Positions 41,670-54,350 of a stretch of 64,000 bases of DNA are shown here, piece after piece; the stretch's first letter is position 1; each line of letters begins with the position of its first letter. The stretch is from Lama guanicoe. Its lineage: Eukaryota. The notes below the pieces were generated by a model. That model did no database searches. It had not been told where the DNA came from and was given only the letters and a program-made list of their open reading frames with translations. The stretch spans positions 22,664,043-22,728,042 of the forward strand of contig MU057356.1 of assembly GCA_013239625.1 (NCBI GenBank), in the 5' to 3' direction. Both the position numbers and the translations under genes were made by a program.

Positions 41670-43030
41670 AGCTGACTCCTTTGTCCTGGATCCCTTCAAT
41701 TAATATGACTCCATGACAGGGGGAGGGAAATGTCTCCTCAGGAGCAAAAAGAGGGACTCGAGAGTGTGGCAGGTTGGAAGAAGAAAAACACATGTGAGCA
41801 TAACGCCTGCCTTGTTCCAGCAACTACATGTATCTTTCTCAGCCCAAACGATGGACCCTTTTTTTCTGCAGGCCCTCCTCCTACCACGAAGAGACACACC
41901 GCCAAGTCAGCCTGGAACAGAGTCATTATCTTTTCTCATTCCGGTTCAAACTTAGTCTTGTATAGCCAGATTCTTCAGTCCGATTCAGTTATAAAAATTC
42001 TACTTTATAATTTCAACCCCAGAATACCTCTCATTTCAAGGTTCTCTCCCTATTCCCTGCCACTTAGTTTTAACCTGTCGGGGCAAAGCTGGGGAAGAAG
42101 GGGAATCTGGAATAATAACTCCTGAAGTAGGGCGTCCAGCAGCTCCTGTCAACTCTTACCAGGCTCTGCGTCCGTGAGAGGCCCTGGCCGGCTCCATCGT
42201 GGACAATCAGGGGTCCAGCTGGTCCTCCCTATGCTGGGGACCCCACTTAACATGGCCAATTTCCCCACCTCATCTGGTACCTTCCTACGCAACTATGTGT
42301 TACTTCAATTCGAAATCCTACAAAATATCCCTTCTCCTGCAGTTGGTCCAGGTTTAAGAAACCTAGAAATCTCTTGATTCACCCTTGATTTGATCTCATG
42401 AAAAACCAAGGGAATGATCCTTGCCTTTTTGCCATCCTCTACCCTTCTCTGCCTCTCCCTAAAGCCCTGTCCCACACTCCAGGAACACCACCTGCAACCA
42501 TCCAGGAGGAAGGAGATGTGGCTTCCTTTTCTGTCATCTGCCCACGTTTCACTAGGGAAGTCTTCGAAGCCCTCAGCCCTTGGGAAAGCAGATGTGAGCT
42601 GAAGGACACCTCTTTCCATGCTGGGAGGTGAGATGGAAAGAGATACGTACTGCTTCAGCAATAATAAAATCTACTTATCGCCTACTGGGTGCCAGCCATT
42701 TTTCAAACACTCTCCGCATTACCTCGTTGAATCCTCACAAGGACTCTCATGAGGTGGGAATTCTAAAGAAGGTGATTTTTTTGTTGTTTTACAGACACTG
42801 AGGCAGGAGTGTGGTGAATGCTGCTTCATAGCTTCTGCTGAAGTGCCTCCTCTTAACATCTCCAGGGGCTGGGTGTCCGATTTCTTTTGTTCTCAGTTTA
42901 GAGCTGTCTCCAAAATGACCCATTACTGCCAGTCAGTAATCTTGAAGGAGCAGGAAAGGGTTCTGCTCTGTACACCACATGTTTATGCTACAGTCATGGC
43001 ATTGCTTCCAATAGGAGGAATGCATGCATG
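41670..43030 (-). pseudogene. Three Ig-like remnants (exons ~43030-42918, 42620-42499, 42317-42160, 41911-~41670)
   Basis: SINMWC / EPFPAP; ERGVLQLTSAFPRAEGF; GPLIVHD..QGL; PSFGLRKIHVVAG / VMLTC / HGVILIEGIQDKGV; donor CTG|gtaaga after 42160. Confidence 0.6.
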
Positions 43031-43199
43031 TCTCTGTTTACATCTCTGTGATTTTTAACTATGAGAGTAATAGGGACACTAGCAACGGATTCAAGCGACA
43101 CAGAAATACGACAAATCAAAACCAATTTTCTGTTAGTTAATTGCTTCATCCCCTTACATTTAACCACTTTTATTAGTTTGGAATATGTGTGTGTATGTG

Positions 43200-44110
43200 T
43201 ATGTTTTCTATGTATATCCTTTTTTTTTTACCATACATACATAGATAAAACATTTTCTTTCATTTTCATAAAAATGGAGTATACTATATATCTCTACAAA
43301 TGCACATATACACTACACATCTTATATGTGTATGCAAATATGTATACATTTCTGAGTCTTTTTCTTCTTTAACATATTACTATGTCAGTACATTCAGATT
43401 CACCTCATCTTTTTGGTGGTCTGGTAATACTCCTTGGCATGAATTTTCTATGATTTATTTGTCCATTTCCCTATTGATGGTGCTTGTCTCTGTTTCTTGC
43501 TGTTACAGTGTGTATGCAGACACACACACACACACACACACACCTTGCCCTCTAGACTCAGAGCTTTTCTGAAAACAGAATCTTGTTATGTGGGACTGCT
43601 TGGTCGAAATATGTGTTTATTTTAAAATTGATCAATTTTACCAAATTGTCTTTCAAAAAGTTAACACCCATTAACGAAATATAAAGGGCTATATCTTCTT
43701 ATCCTATATGTCAAGAAAATCTTATTCAATTTTGGCCAACTTAACCAAAAACAAAAAAAAAACTGTGGTTTTAATTTGAATTACTCTAACTGTTCGTGAG
43801 TTTGAGCATTTTTCAAATGTTACTGACCATATGTAATTTCTTCTCTAAAATGCTTCTTCTGATCATTTGCCCATTTTTCCCTTTTCATCTTTTTATACTA
43901 TTTTGTAGGAGCATTTTAGCTATGACGGATGCTAACTCTTTGTCTTTTCTATGTAGTGCAAATATTTTCCCACAGTCTTTATTTGACTTTTACGTTTATT
44001 CATGTGAGCTGATTTTGCCAAGCAGAAGTTTTGACTTCTTAATTATTCCAATCTGTCAACCTTTTCCTGTATGTTTTCTGGGCCTCCTGTGAGCCTCAGA
44101 AGGCTCTCCC
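43200..44110 (-). mobile_element. Old L1M fragment
   Basis: Antisense ORF2 3' motifs (gtggttttaatttgaatt, gcaaatattttcccacagtct). Confidence 0.7.
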
Positions 44111-44147
44111 CACTACGAGTGTGTGAAAACACAGAGAATGTGCTCAC

Positions 44148-44450
44148 TCAGAGCACGAGATGGTCAAATTCAAAGAGGCAACGGCAACAGAACCGATAGG
44201 ATGCCAAGGGAAATCGCCCTGGGCCCTGTGAGGAATCTGCCTAGCCCACACTTCTCCTCCACTGTACTTTTCCAGCCTGTGGTTATTTGTTCTGCCTCTA
44301 GACAGCCCTGACTTTCCACCAAGTTCCCTCCTTCCTCTCTCATTCCTGTGCAGAGAGCTGTTTGGTGTTCTGTCTTGGCTCTTGTTTGTGCAGAGATTGT
44401 TCTCCGCAGTGAGTGGGGCTCCACTGACCTGTAGGTCTCCCACCCCAGGC
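44148..44450 (-). pseudogene. Single-exon Ig-like remnant, 303 nt, frame still open
   Basis: Within ORF 44144-44560: GDLQVSG...LC....TP...HRN...HRLEKYSGGEVWARQIPHRAQGDF...GSVAVASLNLTI; cag/gtgagc boundaries; length a multiple of 3. Confidence 0.65.
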
Positions 44451-44939
44451 CTGAATGCAACATTATGGACAACATTTTCATATTTCTGAACCCCCTTCCT
44501 GCTCCCCCCTACTTCCTGGCGTGAGTGAGCAAGGCAGCCAAAAGCAGACGGTTGACACATCTGCCCCAGCCTGGCTCAGTTCCAATGGGAAAGTTGGATG
44601 TTGCAAGCTTTTAATAGCCACTCGCATTTCCCTGACTTACAATCATACAGGCTTCCTTGACTTCCTTCTAATTCAATAAGGACAAAGAAAGCAAGCTGAG
44701 TTTACGCTGCTTGGGTCCTGGGGGAACCAGCCCCCGGCAGGCAGATGACATAAGAGCCTTTGTCTCAGGCCCCTTTCTCCGCCCTGGCTGCCCCTTCCTG
44801 CCCCCTACCCCGGCTGTTCCTTCTCTCTTGGCTCACGGGGCACAGGCTGCTATCAAGTTGCTCTCCTTGGTGGGGTCAAGGGTTATCATAGGAGGATTTC
44901 TGTCCCCTCACTCCCTAGTCTCCGTCAGTTTCCAACATC

Positions 44940-45315
44940 AGTTATGTCCATTTCTTAAATATTGTCTCTGAGTAAACTTAGTCTGCCCTTGTGCAAATGT
45001 AGCTTCCAGACGAGCCCCCAACAGCACATCACGGACACATAGCAGCCGCTATACCTGAACCCCTCCTGTACAGACATCTGGCATTCCGCCTCCCTCCCTA
45101 ACTTTTCCAGGTATTTGTAGGGCAGGATGAGTGCAGGGATGAAGGATTAAGCCCAAGGGCTAGGATTTTTGGTTTCAGTGAGCAAGCATGGGAAGCAGAG
45201 AGCTAACTGGTACCCCTGGACACCCACAGCATGGGAGGGCAGGGCGCCTCCTCATGACCTCGGCCCTGGAGGAGCACTGCTTTCCCTGGGACCTTTGCTG
45301 GTGAAGCCAGGGGAG
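44940..45315 (-). pseudogene. Ig-like remnant with best-preserved F-strand motif
   Basis: PGFTSKGPRESSAPPG...ALPSHAVG; RLLCVRDVLL / SGSYICT (SGSYIC at 45010-44993). Confidence 0.7.
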
Positions 45316-45714
45316 CAAGAGATGGAGGGTGTTTTCAACACTTCCTTCTGTCTTGGTTATTTGTCTTTCCTGATTTTTTCCATTCCATAATTCTAAGCAT
45401 TATTTCTAATAATAAGATCCGGTTTCATCTTAAATTTGAAAAACTGTTATCCTCAGGAAAGCTCTCAAAACTCCCAGGAAGAGTTTATAGGAAGCTCTGT
45501 GGATATTTAAATGAGTTAACAAGTCCCCCAGCACTTAAGAAGCCCTGGCTCAGTGTCAGTTGTTGTCCTTATCAGTATTATTATTGCTACAATTATTCTG
45601 AAGAAGGAACACATTTAGGGTAAAAGTAGAGTTAGCGCTGAGTGAGGAGAGGACAGCTGATTCTAGGGTTAAAGGGTGCTTCTCAGGGGACTATAGAATC
45701 TGCTCAAATTAGCC

Positions 45715-47190
45715 ACATTTATGTTTGGGAACCATGTGAGCTTTTCAACTAGTAAGTTTCCCAGTAGCATGGAGGACGCTGGTATCTTGCTGTTTCTCCC
45801 TGTGGCCTGGGTTATGGACAAATAATTCAGGAGTGGAAAAAGAATCTTTCTCAGCATAAAACACTGAAGAGGGACTAGCAAAATCAAGAGAGAACTGGAA
45901 AAAGGCTGGAGAGGACTAACTTCTTCGCTGATCCTAAAAGAAAGACCACTGGTCTAGTGACTCCTGAGAGGTGTGCTTTCATCTGTAATTCTGATTTTTA
46001 GATCTTCTGCCCCATTTACTTCAACAAATACAGCCAAGGGTTCTGATACTCCCGTTAGAAAACAGGACCACCGCGCGTCTCCTTAAGCACAGGAAAGCTT
46101 CTCAAGGATCCATGATTCCCTCTGTGTAACATGCGTGGTAAATCTCATATGCCCCAAATATTTTGAAGTCTCCTTTCAGCAAAAGGATTAGAGAAGCAGC
46201 AGCTCAGTGGCACACGAGTGGTTGAAAATGCATTTCACCCAGAGGGTGCCGTTGCCTCCGTGGCTTCGTGCCTCGAGCTCACACACAGGGCTTCCGCTGT
46301 TTGGGGTGCCAGGAACCCCGCTAGGGATCCAAGTTTTCAAGGCTAATGAAGATGATTTAGATGTGACGTCTGAAAGAGCCATGTGGCATAAAGCCTTTCC
46401 TGTATGAAATCCTGGCCCAGCTGCCTGGAGAAATGTGAGTGGGTGGGGATGAGGGGGGTGAGAGGAGGCTCAGTGCCAGCAGGCAGAGCTGGCCGGAAAG
46501 AAGGAGTCACAGAGCCCAACTCCCTTTTTTGTCCTAACTTTATCAATTTCATCTTTTTTTTTTTTAAGAGCTCCACTAAAAAAACTTGGCAATTCATCCG
46601 ATAAAGCATGCCTCTGTGCTGTAGTAGTAATATTTACTTTTTAAAATGTGGGATTTTAGACAGGAGGGTTAACAAGACACAATATAATTACTGGAACAAA
46701 TGACTGCTGATCAGCTCGTTAATGAAATAAACTCGAACGTTGGGAGAAAAATAGGAGGACTGGGATCCAATCATCCCTCCTCTTTCATGAAGCACCAGAA
46801 AACCTGAATAATTCCAGGGGGAACATTTGAGAGCATATATTCATTGGTCATGAGTTTAGTGTAAATATTCATCACCCATGAGGAATCTAAAACCTTCTAA
46901 CATAATAGAAGCAAGGCTGCTCTGATTTACAAAAAAAAAGATGGGTGACCTTTCACCTTGTAATTTTTGATCTTAACCTGAATTTTCAACCCCCTTGGGA
47001 GACAGACAAGCCCATTACGGTCCCCAGGGCCTCACTAAGCTCAGCCTGTTGGTCTGAGATCTGACCTAACAGGTGAACCTCTCATGCTTAATGATTTCTT
47101 GAAGCTTCTTTCTGCTGAAGGAGCACACCAAGGCTCCACAGGAAGGAGTATGGCTGCATCTCCACCGTTATTGCCCCACCAGGCTGATTT
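45715..47190 (-). pseudogene. Cluster of 2-3 Ig-like remnants (exons ~47190-46957, ~46424-46240, ~46170-46020, ~45863-45715)
   Basis: GDAAIL / CGA...HERF; HTGKALCHMA; GGNGTLW; GDARWSCFLTGVSEP; NYLSITQATGRNS; domain boundaries uncertain. Confidence 0.5.
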
Positions 47191-47254
47191 CTAAGGTGAA
47201 AGTAGTAATTTTAAAAGTTGCTGTATTTTTCCCGATGTTGGTAATGCTCTTTAC

Positions 47255-48703
47255 GAAGTTAAAACAAGAATGACCTGAACTGATTCAAACCTTGGGGGGC
47301 TTGCTGCACTTGCATGAAAGCCGGTAACGACATGCTCAGAGTAGGAAGAGAGTCACTATCCTTAGTATTCAGGAAGAGGACAGCAGAAAGAGCCTCACCT
47401 GCGGTATTCAGCCCAGTTCATCAAAAACACTGCATGAGCACTTGATGGTGCAGGAGCAAAACATGCCCTATTTTAAGGAACCCTCACACAGAGGAGTTTA
47501 TACCTGAAGTTAAATCCATAATGTCCTACTATCATATGTAAGTGACTTTCTAGGAAGGGACCCTTTCTAGGTTTTTAATACAATCTAACATTTATATGAA
47601 GTGCTTTATTATGCACTAAGCACTACATATGCATTTTCTCTTCTCCATCTCATAAAAATCCTATGGGGTCAGTTTTATTATTATCCTCATTATGGAGGAG
47701 AAAATGAGGCACAGAGAGGTTGAGTAGCTTTTCCCAGGTCACAACAGCAATAAATGGCAGCAATGGGACTCATTCAAAGACAGCAAAGTTCATGCTTCCC
47801 TGAGACTCTTTTCTGGGGTCTATTTACAAAGAACTTTCTCACAAATAATCTCAGGTAAACTTTGAGACAGTCTTGTATATTAAATATTATTATCCTCATC
47901 TTACTAATGAAACTAATAAGGCCAAAACATATACTTAAGTCCATTAGCTTTTTAAGTAATCATTTGTAAATGCCAAACAGTTGTATGAACCATTATAATA
48001 TTTTTCACATGGTGTATTTTAAATATTCATCACTTAAGAAAGTGTTAATGTTCAGTTTGAACATAAAATTTTGCCAACTCTCTTTCTGACTAGGTTGCCA
48101 AATTTAACAAATAAAAATACAGAATGCCTAGTTAAATTTGAATTTCAGACAAACAACTAATGATTTGCATGGAGCATACTTATACTAAAAAATATTCATT
48201 ATTTATCTGCAATTCAGATTTAACTGGGCATCCTGAATTTTATCTGGCAACCCTATTTCTGGAAGATATACTTAGTGTGCAAGGGTATTTTAAGCCAATT
48301 GGAAAAGATTAAAAACTATTCTTTTGTCATCAGCTAAATTTGTACTAAGCACACGTCTGTGGACGACGCCTGCCTAGCTACTATACAACTGTGGTCTGGT
48401 TTCTGCCCGCCTCGGGAGTTTACAGTCCCAAATAGTCATTATTAATGTAAAAATAGTGTAAGTCGATGATTTTTTTCATAGGCTTTTAGTTTTCCTACTA
48501 AAAATTAATAGTAGAAATTGCCATTGGTATAGTTTTTGATGATTTGGGCTAATTTAAGATTCACAAAATCTTAAGAGGGCTGTGGGTATTCTCATTTCAC
48601 AGGTACCTTTCTGATGATGCCAGATACTGGAGCCCCAGATGACAGTACAGGGTGAAGATTCTCCAAGGAAGTGTCTTCAGGTTGGCCTCAAGCCCCTCAG
48701 ACT
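47255..48703 (-). pseudogene. Ig-like remnant 7 (exons 48703-48607 and ~47370-47255)
   Basis: QPEDT / RIFTLYCH / SIWHH; VTGFHASAAS...ESVQVILV. Confidence 0.6.
48091..48254. mobile_element. MER53-like palindromic hAT MITE
   Basis: TIRs ggttgcca...tggcaacc and inverted arms agttaaatttgaatt / aattcagatttaact. Confidence 0.8.
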
Positions 48704-48836
48704 CTGTTAACTGAGCAGTCAGGATGGGCTCAGGTGAACAACCTGGAAGGCAAGTTGTTGGGGAGCAAAAAGTAAGTAACCCAGGAAAAGCTCAGTTCTA
48801 TAGATGTGGTCTGACCTCCATCTAGGTCAGATTTTT

Positions 48837-50581
48837 TTTTAACATTTTTTATTGATCTATAATCATTTTACAATGTTGTGTCAAATTCCAGTGTTCAGCA
48901 CAATTTTTCAGTCATTCATGGACATATACACACTCATTGTCACATTTTTTTTCTCTGTGACTTATCATAACATTTTGTGTATATTTCCCTGTGATATACA
49001 GTGTAATCTTGTTTATCTATTCTACAATTTTGAAATCCCAGTCTATCCCTTCCCACNNNNNNNNNNNNNNNNNNNNNNNNNNNNNNNNNNNNNNNNNNNN
49101 NNNNNNNNNNNNNNNNNNNNNNNNNNNNNNNNNNNNNNNNNNNNNNNNNNNNNNNNNNNNNNNNNNNNNNNNNNNNNNNNNNNNNNNNNNNNNNNNNNNN
49201 NNNNNNNNNNNNNNNNNNNNNNNNNNNNNNNNNNNNNNNNNNNNNNNNNNNNNNNNNNNNNNNNNNNNNNNNNNNNNNNNNNNNNNNNNNNNNNNNNNNN
49301 NNNNNNNNNNNNNNNNNNNNNNNNNNNNNNNNNNNNNNNNNNNNNNNNNNNNNNNNNNNNNNNNNNNNNNNNNNNNNNNNNNNNNNNNNNNNNNNNNNNN
49401 NNNNNNNNNNNNNNNNNNNNNNNNNNNNNNNNNNNNNNNNNNNNNNNNNNNNNNNNNNNNNNNNNNNNNNNNNNNNNNNNNNNNNNNNNNNNNNNNNNNN
49501 NNNNNNNNNNNNNNNNNNNNNNNNNNNNNNNNNNNNNNNNNNNNNNNNNNNNNNNNNNNNNNNNNNNNNNNNNNNNNNNNNNNNNNNNNNNNNNNNNNNN
49601 NNNNNNNNNNNNNNNNNNNNNNNNNNNNNNNNNNNNNNNNNNNNNNNNNNNNNNNNNNNNNNNNNNNNNNNNNNNNNNNNNNNNNNNNNNNNNNNNNNNN
49701 NNNNNNNNNNNNNNNNNNNNNNNNNNNNNNNNNNNNNNNNNNNNNNNNNNNNNNNNNNNNNNNNNNNNNNNNNNNNNNNNNNNNNNNNNNNNNNNNNNNN
49801 NNNNNNNNNNNNNNNNNNNNNNNNNNNNNNNNNNNNNNTGTATGTCAGATAATGTTTTGCCTATGTTTTCCTCTAGGAGGTTTATTGTATCTTGTCTTAT
49901 GTTTAAGCCTTTGATCCATTTTGAGTTGATTTTTGTCTATGGTGTAAGGGAGTGTTCTAGCTTCATTGTTTTACATGCTGCTGTGCAGTTTTCCCAACAC
50001 CATTTGCTGAAGAGACTGTCTTTATTCCATTGTATATTCTTGCCTCCTTTGTCCAAGATTAGTTGATCATAAGTTTGTGGGTTCATTTCTGGGCTCTCTA
50101 ATCTATTCCATTGGTCTATATGTCTGTTTTGGTACCGATACCATGCTGTCTTGATGACTGTAGCTCTATAGTATTGTCTGAAGTCTGGGAGAGTTATTCC
50201 TCCAGCCTCTTTCTTTCTCTTCAGTAATGCTTTGGCAATTCTAGGTCTTTGGTGGTTCCATATAAATTTTATTATGATTTGTTCTAGTTCTNNNNNNNNN
50301 NNNNNNNNNNNNNNNNNNNNNNNNNNNNNNNNNNNNNNNNNNNNNNNNNNNNNNNNNNNNNNNNNNNNNNNNNNNNNNNNNNNNNNNNNNNNNNNNNNNN
50401 NNNNNNNNNNNNNNNNNNNNNNNNNNNNNNNNNNNNNNNNCTTTAATTTCTCAATGGTTTATAGTTCAAAATCAGTTGCATTTCTTTACACTAACGATGA
50501 ATCAACAGAAAAAGAAAGTAAAGAAACAATCCCCTTTAAAACAGCACCCAAAGTAATAAAATATCTGGGAATAAATCTAAC
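48837..50581 (-). mobile_element. Young L1 with 5' inversion and 15-bp TSD
   Basis: TSD ctaggtcagattttt at 48822-48836 and 50582-50596; antisense ORF2/3'UTR body; sense ORF2 piece KSVAFLYTN...KYLGINLT at ~50467-50581. Confidence 0.9.
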
Positions 50582-50599
50582 CTAGGTCAGATTTTTCTA

Positions 50600-51153
50600 A
50601 GTGGATAGGATGGTTCATTTCATGTGTCAGTTTGACTGGGCCACAGGGTTCCCAGATATCTGGTCAAACATTATTCTCAGTGTTTCTGTGAGAGTGATTT
50701 TGGATGCAGTTAATATTTAAATCAATAGACTAAGTGAAGCAGGTGGCCCTCCCCTGTGGGTGGGCCTCGTCTAATCAGGTGAAGGCCTGAACGGAACAAA
50801 AGTCTGACATGCCCCTAAATAAAAGAGGACTCCTCTTGAATGACAGCCTTCAAGCTGTAAAATTTATTTATTTTTCCTGTTTGGACTCAAAGTGAAACAG
50901 CGACTCTTCTGGGTCTCAAGCCCAGAAGGCTTTTGTACTAGAACTATACCACAAGCTCTTCTAGGGCTCCAGTGTGTTGTCTACAGATCNNNNNNNNNNN
51001 NNNNNNNNNNNNNNNNNNNNNNNNNNNNNNNNNNNNNNNNNNNNNNNNNNNNNNNNNNNNNNNNNNNNNNNNNNNNNNNNNNNNNNNNNNNNNNNNNNNN
51101 NNNNNNNNNNNNNNNNNNNNNNNNNNATTTCTCTGGAGAACCATAACTAATGC
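50600..51153 (+). mobile_element. ERVL LTR (MLT2-like), gap inside
   Basis: atgtgtcagtttgactgggccacaggg start and ttctctggagaacc..actaat end. Confidence 0.8.
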
Positions 51154-51949
51154 AGCAAAAGTCACACAACTTCCCTAAGTGAACATCCACATCACTACCT
51201 CACCTGACCAGGAAAGCAAATGGGTCTTCCCTTTCTCAAAAACCCAGCACGGCTTTATTCCACAGTAGCTTACCCTGTCCTGCCTGTTTTGCAGTTAAGA
51301 AAACTGCCATTTTAGAATCATTCAGGGATCCATGTACCTATTCTTCAGGTCAGAAGTTTTTAAACATTGTTTATAATCAAGTCTATTTTTTTTTAAGCTT
51401 ACAAAGAATCTCAGTATAAAAAGTAGATTAAAAAAGGGGATCAATTGTAATGGAATTGGCAGCCCTGGGGCCAGGCAGGGTGGCAGGGAGGCCCTCTCCA
51501 GGGCTGGTGGCTCCTTGCTCAGGGCCTCTGTAGGATTTGTTTACTTTATATGGAGCAGAATTTTATTCCATTTACTTTGTAACATATTTTTCTTCTTGAG
51601 AAAAAGAATTTACTGCACAAGTTATATATGCTTACTGTAGAAAATATAGGTGTGCCCTGATAAAAGGAAAAATTATCCATTACCAGAGAAAACAATTCAG
51701 AAACATGAAAATATTAGTTAACACACACACAGACACAAACACTTGAACGTTCACATTATATTCACATAATATTCATAGACCAAAGCCCTCCTGAAATAAT
51801 TCCTTTCGGAATTAACCATATAGAAAGTGCATCCTTTCATCAAGAAGTGGTAGAGTACAATTTATCTTGACTAAGAAATAATGTCATCTATTTAATCTGA
51901 CTTCACTCATTCCAGAGCCTTTACAAACACAGGAATGCTATCCTCTTCC

Positions 51950-52090
51950 TAACAGTTACCTAGCAAGACTATTAATTCCAATAATGTTGAAAATTTTTTT
52001 TCAGATTGTCAAGAGTTCTCAGTACATTTCTCTGAATATTTCTAATTGCAGTAAATCTTTAGTCTTTACGCATGAATCAAATGTCTGAAA
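51950..52090 (-). mobile_element. Mariner-derived fragment (MARNA-like)
   Basis: RFTAIRNIQRNVL...FQHYWN resembles a mariner transposase C-terminus. Confidence 0.55.
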
Positions 52091-52243
52091 ATAGATATCC
52101 AGAGAATGGAAAGAGTGACTAAGTTGAATAGTGTAGATGGACAACACATTTGGGGTTCCAAACCCCAAAGAAAAAAGGGTGTCTGCTTTTTTTAATTTCT
52201 TTGAAGTCAAGCATATACAGAAGGATCAAAAATCTTTCATCTG

Positions 52244-52905
52244 TATGATACAGCAATCCTACTCCTGGGCATATATCTGGAGGGAATTCTAATTCAAAAA
52301 GATCCATGCACCCCTATGTTCATATCAGCACTATTTACAATAGCCAAGACATGGAAACAACCTAAATGTCCATTGACAGATGAGTGGATAAAGTTACAGT
52401 GTATTTATACCACGGAATACTATTCAGCATAAAAAAGAAAAAAATAATGCCATATATAGCAACATGGATGGACCTGGAGATCATCATTCTAAGCGAGGTA
52501 AGCCAGAAAAAGAAAGAAAAATGCCGTATGATATCATTCATGCATGGAATCTAAAACAAAAAACAGAAAAACAAAACAGACACAAATGAATTTATCTACA
52601 AAACAGAAACAGACTCACAGATATAGAAAACAAACTTACAGTTATAGGGTAGAAAGGGGATGGGACAGGATAAATTGGGAGTCTGAAATTTGCAGATACT
52701 AACTACTACATATAAAATAGATAAAAATCATGTTTCTACTGTATACCACAAGGAACTATATTCAGTATCTTGTAGTAACCTATAATAAAGAACAGGAAAA
52801 TGAATATATGTATGTATACGTATGACTGAAACATTATGCTGTACACCAGAAATTGACACAACATTGTAAACTGATTATATTTCAATTTAAAAAAAAAGGA
52901 AAGAA
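52244..52905 (+). mobile_element. 5'-truncated L1 3' end
   Basis: ORF2 C-terminal motifs (PLLGIY, WKQPKC), 3'UTR as at 26884, A-tail. Confidence 0.9.
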
Positions 52906-53119
52906 AAAAATTTTATCTCGCAGCATTGTTATAATAGACATATTACTTTTGAGGGACATTTTGAAAGAGTATTGAGGGCCTTCAATTCTCTGCCTGGGGT
53001 ATTTCTCCAATCTTCCCTCCCACTTCTTGTCATTCGTGGTTCCCTTACAGTCTGTCTGAATTTCCTGAGTCCATGCCCTTGACATCCACTCCTCCTCATA
53101 TGTAGAAAGCAGATTTTGA

Positions 53120-53670
53120 GCCAGTGTTTCTCAAACATCAGTGTGCTTCAGAATCACCTGGTGAGTCTGTTAAACCACCCTCAGAGTTTCTGATTCTGTA
53201 CATCTGGAGTGGAGGTGAGAATTTGCATTTCTAACACATTTCCCAGCGATGCTGATCTGGGGATGGCATTTTGAGAATGACTGCTTTGCAATGCTTCTTG
53301 AACTCTGCTGTATCTACCATCACCTGAGGGGCTTGTTAAATGCAGAACCTGATTCAGTAAGTCTGGGGTGGACGCCGAGGTTCTGCTTTTCTAACAAGCT
53401 CTCAGGGACTCCACTTTGAGCAGCATGATTGTGGGGCTCAGTTCAGAATGCCCCTAATGTTTTCTTGAGGAAAAGGGCCAACCCTCTCCTCTGCATCAGT
53501 GGTTCCCAAACTTGTTTGCACGTTGGAATCCTGTAGAGAGCTTCAAAATATACCAGTATTTGCGACCCACCCCGGACACTGTGGCTACCTGAGGTACGGC
53601 ATGGCCTTTGGGAGTTTAAAAAGATCCTCAGGTGAGTCTAATAATGCAAACAAGCTTAGAAACCACTGTT
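53120..53670. mobile_element. Cluster of MER5-like hAT-Charlie MITEs
   Basis: cagtgtttctcaaac...gaatcacctgg, atttgcatttctaaca, cagtggttcccaaactt...aaaccactg. Confidence 0.75.
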
Positions 53671-54350
53671 CCAAAACCTCAGGCTACCTCCCCTCCTCCA
53701 TGACATTTTCATCACAGCTGTCACCAGTTGGTTGGCCTATTTTGTCTTTGTTTTCATCTAATCTGCCCTACCAGCTCATTAGAAGGCAGGAATGGAGTCT
53801 GTTTCCCTCAGTTTGACACACACCAGTGGTGAATAAATGTTTGTTGGATAAACAAACAAGTGACAAAAACAGAAATAAAAATTGTTAAAGAGATTACCTA
53901 GGTCGCCAGCCCCCAGGTACAGTAGGTTCTCCCCAAAAGCCCTTTACCTAAAATAATTCGTCTGACTTTCTCAGAGTAGACTTACAGAGACTACTGCTCT
54001 TTACATGTTCAACATCCTGGCTCTTTTGCCCTAGGAATTCAATCAAGAAACTTTTCTAATACAGCTTTTATTTCACAGTTGATTTTTCATTTGCTACTAC
54101 AAGCTTGCTGAGGAATCCAGCCCAGCCCCTGATCCAGGGACCCATGCCTGCCTGCTCCGGGGGGTTCCAAAAGGGCAGGAGCGGGCCCATCCCAAGTCTG
54201 TGCACTGACCTCCTCCTGCAGGGGGACTCTGTCCTTCAACCATGGAGGACCTGGAGCCTTCTACCCCACCATTGAGGGGTCGATCCAGCAGCCAAATAGC
54301 TCTGAAAAGATGGGTCGGTTATCTTTCCTATTGCACCTTCCCTTTCAGAC

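Larger units (their letters stand above)
51204..54301 (-). pseudogene. Ig-like remnant 6 (exons 54301-54210, 53947-53898, ~51320-51204)
   Basis: PQW..RLQVLHG*RTESPC; VKG..EPTV/TW; NGSFL / AKQAGQG / YC..LG; donors gtcagt, gtaatc, gtgagg. Confidence 0.55.

Noticed and set aside
48852-50066. 404-aa and 307-aa ORFs
   Set aside because: Artefacts of N-runs inside an antisense L1; the same applies to ORFs over the gaps at 2.6, 22.8, 50.3 and 51.0 kb
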